DNA from: Haliea sp. | Lineage (GTDB): Bacteria; Pseudomonadota; Gammaproteobacteria; Pseudomonadales; Halieaceae | Direction of reading: 5' to 3' | Length of the DNA stretch: 24,000 nucleotides | Assembly (NCBI GenBank): GCA_040221975.1 | Contig: JAVJWR010000033.1 | Location: forward strand, 244,092-268,091 | Part shown: positions 7,791 to 14,443 of the stretch, piece by piece | Numbering within the stretch: the first letter of the stretch is position 1 | Layout: every line of letters starts with the position of its first letter | Position numbers and translations under genes: made by a program | Notes under the pieces: model-generated | What the model saw: only the letters and a program-made list of their open reading frames with translations | Told to the model about the DNA's origin: nothing | Database searches by the model: none

Positions 7791-9128
7791 GTGACCGGGC
7801 CTGCAGCCGAACCCGCCCCCGAAGGCCTGCGCGTCTATCTCAATCCCCGGGTCATCGGCATGCTGTTCCTCGGCTTTTCTGCCGGCCTGCCGCTGCTGCT
7901 GGTGGGGGGGACGTTCAGCGCCTGGCTGCGTGATCTGGGCGTCGAGCTGACGGCTATAGGCTTTCTCAGTTGGGTCGGCATGGCCCATTCCATCAAGGTA
8001 TTATGGGCGCCGCTAATCGATCGCGCCCAGTTGCCGCTGCTCAGCCGGCTGCTGGGGCGGCGGCGGGCCTGGATGCTACTGGCGCAAGTGGTGATCGCCA
8101 CGGCCCTGTTGGGCATGGCCTTCACCGACCCGCGGGAGCAACTGGGTCTGGTGGCCCTGTGGGCGATACTGGCCGCCTTCGGCTCCGCCAGCCAGGACGT
8201 CGCCATTGACGCCTACCGAGTGGAAGCGGAGGCAAAGCACCGCCAGGGAGCGATGGCGGCCACCTACGTGACCGGCTACCGGGTGGCGATCCTGGCGGCG
8301 GGGGCGGGGGCGCTGCACCTCGCCAATCTCGACAGCTGGTCGCTGGCCTATGGCGTCATGGGGCTGTTGATGGCGGTGGGCATCGTCACCACCCTGGTGA
8401 TCGCCGAGCCGACGGTTGCGGTGAACCAGACTACGCTGCAGTTCGAGCAGCGGGTGACCGACTACCTGGCCACTACTGTGCACCGGGGCTGGCGCCGGGA
8501 CATGCAGGCCTGGCTCATCGGCGCCGTGGTGTGCCCGTTTGCGGAGTTCTTCCAGCGCTATGGCCGCGTAGCGCTGCTGATTCTCGCTTTCATCGCGACC
8601 TTTCGGCTCACTGATATCTTCATGGGGGTCATGGCCAACCCTTTTTATCTGGACCTCGGTTTCAGCAAGGCCCAGATTGCCAATATCGCCGCCGCCTTCG
8701 GTCTCGGCATGACCCTGCTGGGCGCCGTGGTGGGCGGCTTGCTGGTGGCCCGTTTCGGTATCGCCCGCATTCTGCTCCTGACCGCTTTCATGGCGCCGGC
8801 TACCAACCTGGCCTTTGCCTGGCTGGCGTTCATCGGCCCGGAAACCCATGGCCTGGTGCTGGCGATCATGGCCGACAATGTTTCCGGCGGGCTGGCGATC
8901 TCGGTGTTTATCGCCTACCTCTCCAGTCTCACCAACACCGCCTATACTGCCACCCAGTACGCCCTGTTCAGTTCGCTGATGACCCTGCCCGGGCAGTTGC
9001 TGGCGGGTTTCACCGGGATGCTGGCGGAGTTGGTGGGCTGGGTACCGTTCTTTTTCATTACCGCCGCCACCGGCTTGCCGGCAATCATCCTGGCGTTCGT
9101 ACTGTTGCGGGTGGCTCGCCCCGGCTAG
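7791..9128 (+). CDS. ampG: AmpG-family muropeptide (anhydromuropeptide) MFS permease
   Basis: 445 aa. The N-terminal LRVYLNPRVIGMLFLGFSAGLPLLL and KVLWAPLIDR match the AmpG signature region (E. coli YLRIF...LGFASGLPLAL...KFLWSPLMDR). Multi-TM MFS architecture. GTG start. Confidence 0.85.
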   Translation: MTGPAAEPAPEGLRVYLNPRVIGMLFLGFSAGLPLLLVGGTFSAWLRDLGVELTAIGFLSWVGMAHSIKVLWAPLIDRAQLPLLSRLLGRRRAWMLLAQVVIATALLGMAFTDPREQLGLVALWAILAAFGSASQDVAIDAYRVEAEAKHRQGAMAATYVTGYRVAILAAGAGALHLANLDSWSLAYGVMGLLMAVGIVTTLVIAEPTVAVNQTTLQFEQRVTDYLATTVHRGWRRDMQAWLIGAVVCPFAEFFQRYGRVALLILAFIATFRLTDIFMGVMANPFYLDLGFSKAQIANIAAAFGLGMTLLGAVVGGLLVARFGIARILLLTAFMAPATNLAFAWLAFIGPETHGLVLAIMADNVSGGLAISVFIAYLSSLTNTAYTATQYALFSSLMTLPGQLLAGFTGMLAELVGWVPFFFITAATGLPAIILAFVLLRVARPG

Positions 9129-9195
9129 CGGGCAACCTGTCCAGAGTCTCCACCGTTCACGCCCACCGGCAGAACCTGGGGGAAGGGTGGGCAGT

Positions 9196-9822
9196 TCACG
9201 CTCCTCGTCGTACACCTTCCAGAAAGGTTTGGGTGCTGCTTTCCAGCAGGGAGTACACATCCGCCTGGGGCAGGAAGCGCTCGACGTGGCCGTGCATGGC
9301 GATGCCGCTGAGACCGTGCGCCATGGCCCAGAGCTTGATCGACAGGGTCAGGGCATCTTCCCCATCGCGGCCGCTACGCTGACACCAGGCCTCCACCGTG
9401 GCTACCAGCAGGTAGAATCCGGAGCTTCGCAGTTCGTTTTCGACGTCGTCAACGAAACGCTTGTCGCGGTCTCCCCACATCAGGTCATAGAACTGCGGGT
9501 GGCCGGTGACAAAGCGGATATAGGCCTGACCCAGGGCAACGATGGCTTCGATGCTGCCGCGCTCCTGGTTGCGGGTCACCGCATCCATCTCCTGGCTCAG
9601 GGCGAAGAAGGCGAACTCCAGCACGGCATCGAGGAGCGCGGCCTTGTCCCTGAAATGGCGGTAGGGCGCTGCGCTGCTGACGCCGGCGCGGCGTGCAGCG
9701 TCGATCATGGCAAAGTCGAGGCTGCCGCTCTCCTCGATCAATTCCGCTGCAGCGATGATCAGCGCGTTGCGCAGATCACCGTGATGGTACCCGCGGGGCT
9801 GCACTTTTGGTTTCCCGGTCAT
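9196..9822 (-). CDS. TetR/AcrR-family transcriptional repressor
   Basis: 208 aa starting MTGKPKVQPRGYHHGDLRNALI. The HTH region is FAMIDAARRAGVSSAAPYRHFRDKAALL. ATG 9822-9820 overlaps the RND gene's TGA 9821-9819 (ATGA). The 349-aa ORF in the track is a 5' extension into the pump gene. Confidence 0.9.
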   Translation of the reverse strand: MTGKPKVQPRGYHHGDLRNALIIAAAELIEESGSLDFAMIDAARRAGVSSAAPYRHFRDKAALLDAVLEFAFFALSQEMDAVTRNQERGSIEAIVALGQAYIRFVTGHPQFYDLMWGDRDKRFVDDVENELRSSGFYLLVATVEAWCQRSGRDGEDALTLSIKLWAMAHGLSGIAMHGHVERFLPQADVYSLLESSTQTFLEGVRRGA

Positions 9823-12800
9823 CGCTGGAGTTCCCCCGCGGCGGCTGTAGCAGGCGCTGGAAACAGGCCCGGCCGCCGGCGCAGCAACAGGAACAGTTGC
9901 GGCACCAGGAAGAAGGAGACTACGGTGGACAACAACACGCCGCCGGCAATTGCCATGGCAAAGGGCGGCCAGAACTGGCTCCCCTCCAGGATCAGGGGCA
10001 GGAAGCCGCCGAAAGTGGTAATGGTGGTGGAGACAATGTGGCGGCTGGAGTCCATCACCACGCCGCGAATGGCGTGAAGCCCGCCCGCCATGGCGCCCGG
10101 TTCGAGCTGCAGGGCGGTCATGATGATGATCGCTGCATTGATGGACACGCCGATGGAGCCGATAACCCCAATCAGGGCCTGGATACCGAAGGGGTACTGG
10201 AAAACCGCCAGCGACAGCAGGCTCAGACCGGTGGAGCAGATGCACACCAGCACGGCCACCAGCGACAGGCGCCAGGAATTGAAGGTGAGCACGATGGTAG
10301 CCACGAGCATGGCGATGATCATCCCCATGGGTGCCATGATGCTGTCCACCACCCCGGCGCGCTCGTCGCTGTCACCGCCAAAGCCGACGCGGTAGCCCTC
10401 GGGGAGCGGAACGGGGTTCGCTTCCAGATCGGCCCGCAGGCGGGCCAGCGCCTCTTCCGGCAGCACTCCGCGGGTCAGGTAGGCCTGCACGATGTTGGTA
10501 CGCTCACCGCGGGTGCGGCTGATGGGGCTGCGGGAAGGCACCAGCGTGAACTCGCCCAGACTCTGCAGGGCGACGCCGGGAATACCGCTTTCTGCGCCCG
10601 CGCCGTTACGCAGGGGCAGGTGCAGGGCGGCGATCTGGCCGGCGCTGCCCCAGCTCGCTTCCTCCAGCCGCGCCCGCACTGGCAGGCGTTCGGTGCCTTC
10701 CAGCACTTCGCCGCCGGTGATGCCGGTCAGGGCCGCGTCAAGCGCCGCGGCGACGTCGCGCCGCTGCAGGCCCGCCAGCCGCAGCCGGGTTTCGTCGGCC
10801 TCAAACACCAGCTTGGGCGCGCCGGCCACCAGGCTGGTATTGGTGTGGGTGACGTCTGGCAACTGCTCCAGCCGCAGTCTAAACTGCTCGCCAAGCGCCC
10901 TCAGCACATCCAGGTTGTCGCCATAGATTTCCACCTCCAGTGGCGCCATCACCGGTGGTCCCTGGTCGATACCGCGAACGATGATACGCGCCGCGGGGTA
11001 GTCCCGGTCCACCTCCCGCTGCAGGCGCCGGATCAGCGCATCGGTCTGTTTCGGGTCAGTGGTCAGCACCAGCGCCTCGGCCCAGCTGGGGATCCGCTCG
11101 CGGGTGCGGAACATGTTGTAGTAGAAGGCAGGCGCACTCTCGCCGATGGTCCAGTCCACCCGCCGGATCAACGGGTCCGCGCGCAGTTGTGCATCCAGCT
11201 TTTGTACCAGGGCGCTGGTGTCATTGATGGAGCGCCCGTCCGGCAGCTTCACCTGCAGATACATCTGGTCGCGATCGGTACCGGGGAAGAACTGTGCGGT
11301 CAGGGATGACAGGCACAGGAATCCCGTCAGCGGCAGCACCAGCGCCAGCGCCACGGAACTTCCGGGATTGCGCAGGGACCAGTCCAGGGTGCGCACCAGC
11401 AGACGCCCCGGGTGGCCACTGCGCACGCCCATTTCCCACCAGCGACCCGTGCGCTGCAGTCCCTTTGGCAGCAGCCAGGCCGCCAGTACCGGGGTCACGA
11501 TCAGCGCCAACAAGAGCGAGCCGATCAGCATTACCACCACGGCGATGGCAATGGAGCTCATGAAGTCGCCGGCGGGCCCGGGCAGGATCACCATGGGCAT
11601 GAAGGCCAGCACCGTCGTCGCGGTGGAGGAGAGCAGGGGCACCCGCAGGCGCGACACGGCGCCAGCGATGGAGGACAGGGGGCTGTCGCCGTGGTCCACC
11701 AGGCGCTTGCGGATTTCGTCGGTCATGACGATGGAGCCGTCCACGAGCAGCCCCAGCGCCACCACCAGGCCGCTGACCGACATCTGGTGAATGCCGATAC
11801 CCAGCTGGTACAAAACCGCCACCGAAAACAGGGTGCACAGGGGCAGGATGCAGGCCACCACCACGGCCGCGCGCCAGCCCATCGTACACAGCAGTACCAA
11901 CAGCACCAGCACGACTCCCACTGCCAGATTGATGGCGACACTTTGCAGGCGCTCGAGGGTATAGATACTCTGGTCGTAGCTGATCTCCAGGCTGATGCCC
12001 TGGGGCGCCAGCGCGCGGTAGTCATCCACAAAGTCGCTGAAGTCCCGGGCCCACTTGTCCACCTGGCGGCCGTCGAGCATGACCACACCTACCAGAATGC
12101 CCTCCCGGCCCTGTACCAGCGCCCGGGCTGCGGGTGGAGTAACTTCGGCGCGGTAGACCCGGGCGATGTCCCCCAGGCGCACGGCGCTGCCGTCGGTTTG
12201 CGCACGCAGAACGACTTCCCGCACCCGGGCGGTACTGCTGAACTCGCCACCGACCTCGATCAGGAAGTCATTGCCGGCCCCGGCACTGCGCCCGGCAGCT
12301 GTGCGCGGGTCGGCCGCCTGCAGGGCGGCAGCCACCTCATCCAGACCCAGGCCGCGGCTGATCAGTGCCTGTTCGTCGATGGCGACGCGGATTTCCTCCT
12401 CCGGTTCGCCGTACAGATCCACCAGTTCCGTGCCATTGAAATTGCGCGCGGCATCGGCAAAATCCAGCGCCACTCGATTGAGCAGGGACAGGGGTACCGT
12501 GACGGCGTCCTGTGCCCGCAGCGCGACAATGGCGGTGTAGGCGCTGAAACGGTCGTCGTCGAACACCGGTGGCGCCACGCCCGGGGGGAAGTGACTGGCG
12601 GCATCATCGATGGCGTAGCGGATCTCCGACCAGCTGCGCTCGATATCCTGCGCAGACAGGGTGTCCACCAGCTTCACCGTGATGCTGGAAATGCCACTGG
12701 CGGAAGTGGAGTTGAGTTCGTCGATCTCTGCGATCTGACGCAGTTCATCCTCCAGCGGCCGAGTGACGAGGGCTTCGACCCGGGCCGGATCGGCACCGGG

Positions 12801-12950
12801 GTAGACCGTGGTAACGATGGCGACAAAATTGGTTATGGTCGGGTCTTCCTGGCGAGCAATGGAGCGCAGGCTGGAGATACCCACCACCAGAATCACCAGC
12901 ACCAGCAGGGTGAAGTAGCGGCCGTTGTTGTAGAAAATGCGCGCGAGCAT
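9819..12950 (-). CDS. RND efflux transporter permease (AcrB/AcrD/AcrF family)
   Basis: About 1043 aa. It begins MLARIFYNNGRYFTLLVLV and shows the typical 12-TM, two-large-loop RND layout with family-like blocks throughout. ATG 12950 lies 1 nt after the adaptor gene's stop (TGAGATG). Confidence 0.92.
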   Translation of the reverse strand: MLARIFYNNGRYFTLLVLVILVVGISSLRSIARQEDPTITNFVAIVTTVYPGADPARVEALVTRPLEDELRQIAEIDELNSTSASGISSITVKLVDTLSAQDIERSWSEIRYAIDDAASHFPPGVAPPVFDDDRFSAYTAIVALRAQDAVTVPLSLLNRVALDFADAARNFNGTELVDLYGEPEEEIRVAIDEQALISRGLGLDEVAAALQAADPRTAAGRSAGAGNDFLIEVGGEFSSTARVREVVLRAQTDGSAVRLGDIARVYRAEVTPPAARALVQGREGILVGVVMLDGRQVDKWARDFSDFVDDYRALAPQGISLEISYDQSIYTLERLQSVAINLAVGVVLVLLVLLCTMGWRAAVVVACILPLCTLFSVAVLYQLGIGIHQMSVSGLVVALGLLVDGSIVMTDEIRKRLVDHGDSPLSSIAGAVSRLRVPLLSSTATTVLAFMPMVILPGPAGDFMSSIAIAVVVMLIGSLLLALIVTPVLAAWLLPKGLQRTGRWWEMGVRSGHPGRLLVRTLDWSLRNPGSSVALALVLPLTGFLCLSSLTAQFFPGTDRDQMYLQVKLPDGRSINDTSALVQKLDAQLRADPLIRRVDWTIGESAPAFYYNMFRTRERIPSWAEALVLTTDPKQTDALIRRLQREVDRDYPAARIIVRGIDQGPPVMAPLEVEIYGDNLDVLRALGEQFRLRLEQLPDVTHTNTSLVAGAPKLVFEADETRLRLAGLQRRDVAAALDAALTGITGGEVLEGTERLPVRARLEEASWGSAGQIAALHLPLRNGAGAESGIPGVALQSLGEFTLVPSRSPISRTRGERTNIVQAYLTRGVLPEEALARLRADLEANPVPLPEGYRVGFGGDSDERAGVVDSIMAPMGMIIAMLVATIVLTFNSWRLSLVAVLVCICSTGLSLLSLAVFQYPFGIQALIGVIGSIGVSINAAIIIMTALQLEPGAMAGGLHAIRGVVMDSSRHIVSTTITTFGGFLPLILEGSQFWPPFAMAIAGGVLLSTVVSFFLVPQLFLLLRRRPGLFPAPATAAAGELQR

Positions 12951-12951
12951 C

Positions 12952-14079
12952 TCAGGACTCCAGCGGCTGTACCGGCGTGCCGGCTGCGATACGGTGAATG
13001 CCATCGGCTATCACTCGCTGGCCAGGCTGCAGAGTGCCGCGGACATAGGCTCGGTTGCCGTCGACATGCAGGACCTCCACCGCCTCGCGCTGCGCTACCG
13101 TGGCGCCGTCGTCACGCTGACCCAGACGCAGTACCGTCCAGATGCCGCGCTCGCCTTCCAGCAGGGCGCTGATCGGCAGCCAGCCGCCGGCGGCGGCCAC
13201 TGTTTCCGAGAGCACCAGGGTGGCGATCTCACCGTCCAGTGCCGCGGCACCGGCTGGCAGGTCGAATACGGCGAGGGCAGTGCGGGTACGGGGATCGAGG
13301 TCCGCGCGCACTGCACTCAGGACCGCATCCACTGAGCCGCTGGGCAATTGCAGCGGATAGCGTTCCCCGGGCACAAGTGCAGCAACGTGACCGGCGGGGA
13401 TGCCAATGCGCGCCTGCAGGGTACCGGCGGAAACCAGCTGCAACACCGGTGTGCCGACTGCCAGTACCGTGCCCGGATCGACGTCGCGTGCGGCGACGAC
13501 GCCTTCATAAGGTGCGCGCAGAGTGGATTTCTCCAGGTCCAGATCAATACTGTGCAGTCGCGCAAGCAGAGCCTGGCGGCGGCTGGCGAGGGCCGCCGCG
13601 CCCAGGCGCGCTGCATCCGCATCCTGGGCGGAAATGGCGCCAGTGGCTTGCAGCCGGGTGCTGCGCTCGCTGCGCAGGCGCGCCAGCTCCAGGTCTGCCT
13701 CGACGCTGGCCAGGTCGGCGGCAGCCACCGCACGCTGCGCTTGCAGTTGCCGGGTGTCCAGTTGCGCGAGTGCTGCGCCGGCTGTCACATGCTCGCCTTC
13801 CCGGGCGCTCAGTGACAGCAGCAGTCCGGGCACCTCAAACGCCAACCGGGCACGGGCTCGGGCCTGCAGGAGTCCGGTCAGGCGCAGGGCCTGCTCGTAA
13901 CTGTCCTGCTGCCGGAAAAGGGTAGTCGTGACCGGCAGCGGTGCTGATTGTGGATGTCCTGCGAGACTGGCGCGGAGCGTGATGGCGGTGGTCAGCAGCG
14001 CAGTGAGCCCGGCGGCGAGGCCAAGGCTGACCAGCAGCGTTCGACTACTGCCGGTGTTCGGGCGGGTGGAGCCTGGCAT
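12952..14079 (-). CDS. RND efflux periplasmic adaptor (membrane fusion protein, HlyD/AcrA family)
   Basis: N-terminal anchor (SSRTLLVSLGLAAGLTALL), a coiled-coil hairpin (DTRQLQAQRAVAAADLASVEADLELARLR...) and the STLRAPYEGVV lipoyl/beta-barrel blocks. Start set at ATG 14079 (375 aa). The codons upstream of it are AT-rich (tta, ata) and coincide with the palindromic operator-like region. Confidence 0.85.
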   Translation of the reverse strand: MPGSTRPNTGSSRTLLVSLGLAAGLTALLTTAITLRASLAGHPQSAPLPVTTTLFRQQDSYEQALRLTGLLQARARARLAFEVPGLLLSLSAREGEHVTAGAALAQLDTRQLQAQRAVAAADLASVEADLELARLRSERSTRLQATGAISAQDADAARLGAAALASRRQALLARLHSIDLDLEKSTLRAPYEGVVAARDVDPGTVLAVGTPVLQLVSAGTLQARIGIPAGHVAALVPGERYPLQLPSGSVDAVLSAVRADLDPRTRTALAVFDLPAGAAALDGEIATLVLSETVAAAGGWLPISALLEGERGIWTVLRLGQRDDGATVAQREAVEVLHVDGNRAYVRGTLQPGQRVIADGIHRIAAGTPVQPLES

Positions 14080-14086
14080 GGGGGCG

Positions 14087-14134
14087 ACCAATGTTAGAGC
14101 GAATAACATAGATGTTATATCGACTAACATTGGT
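14087..14134. promoter_or_regulatory. Tandem palindromic operator-like sites (2 x ATGTTA-N7-TAACAT), probable TetR binding region and efflux promoter
   Basis: Site 1 is 14091-14109 (ATGTTAGAGCGAATAACAT) and site 2 is 14112-14130 (ATGTTATATCGACTAACAT); their centres are 21 bp apart. The outer arms extend to an 11-bp perfect inverted repeat, ACCAATGTTAG (14087-14097) and CTAACATTGGT (14124-14134). This is a local AT-rich island in a GC-rich window. On the - strand, TTGCCA (14140-14135) and TATAAC (14119-14114) overlap it. Confidence 0.6.
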
Positions 14135-14231
14135 TGGCAAGCGACCCAATGACCGGCCGGGGGTACGGGATTTGTCGGCGGGTCTGGCGTTGGCATCGAA
14201 CGCCCGGGAAGACCAGTGGCACCAACGTGAC

Positions 14232-14260
14232 TTGCAGCACGGCAGGGTTTCGGGGAGAAT
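14232..14260 (+). promoter_or_regulatory. Candidate sigma70 promoter of the SRP RNA gene (TTGCAG-N17-GAGAAT)
   Basis: TTGCAG at 14232-14237 and GAGAAT at 14255-14260. The predicted start falls about 7-10 nt downstream, at the 5' end of the SRP RNA terminal stem. Confidence 0.4.
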
Positions 14261-14269
14261 GCGCCGCTT

Positions 14270-14379
14270 GGCGACCCGGGTGGTCCCCTCGCAACGCCAG
14301 GTAGCGAACCCCGCCAGGCCCGGAAGGGAGCAACGGTAGTTACTGGTGCGTGTGCCGGGGTGTGGCTGCTCGGGTTGCC
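14270..14379 (+). ncRNA. ffs: Signal recognition particle RNA (4.5S RNA, small bacterial type)
   Basis: Close match to the E. coli 4.5S core. CCAGGCCCGGAAGGGAGCAACGG corresponds to helix 8, with the GGAA tetraloop and AGCA loop. GUGCGUGUGCCGGGGUGU forms the 3' strand. The terminal stem is GGCGACCCGGG (14270-14280) paired with CUCGGGUUGCC (14369-14379), including G-U pairs. Ends are accurate to a few nt. Confidence 0.85.
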
Positions 14380-14443
14380 TCTACTTTACCCCCTCCGCTT
14401 GCTTTGGTGTATCCTCTACGCTTTTCTGCAAGGCCCTTGTTCA

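Noticed and set aside
9161-9192. GCCCACC...GGTGGGC inverted repeat between the convergent ampG and tetR genes, a possible bidirectional terminator
   Set aside because: It is only a 7-bp stem with an 18-nt loop and has no T-tract on either strand. This is too weak to call.
8076-9260. 394-aa - strand ORF antisense to ampG
   Set aside because: ampG on the + strand matches family signature blocks. The antisense product is highly charged and G/Q/H-rich, which is implausible for a real protein here.
9823-10245. 141-codon N-terminal extension of the TetR ORF
   Set aside because: It lies inside the RND pump gene. TetR homology, with its N-terminal HTH, begins at MTGKPKV (ATG 9822).
9807-13172. 500-aa (9807-11309) and 586-aa (11412-13172) + strand ORFs across the RND pump locus
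   Set aside because: They are antisense to an unmistakable AcrB-family gene. The H/Q/G/R-rich sequences lack any membrane or enzymatic signature.
14080-14196. 39-codon 5' extension of the adaptor (MFP) ORF
   Set aside because: The extension runs through the AT-rich palindromes, whose TAACAT arms create the in-frame ATGs. It uses rare A/T-ending codons (tta, ata) unlike the rest of the gene. I cannot fully exclude it without N-terminal data.
14187-14205. Small hairpin GGCGTT-N7-AACGCC in the efflux/ffs intergenic region
   Set aside because: A 6-bp stem with no flanking U-tract on either strand and no recognisable RNA-family context. It is likely fortuitous in GC-rich DNA.
14346-14443. ORF starts at 14346, 14350 and 14360, including the 28-codon extension of dnaX
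   Set aside because: They begin inside the SRP RNA gene. The conserved DnaX N-terminus starts at MSYQVLARKWRP (ATG 14444).
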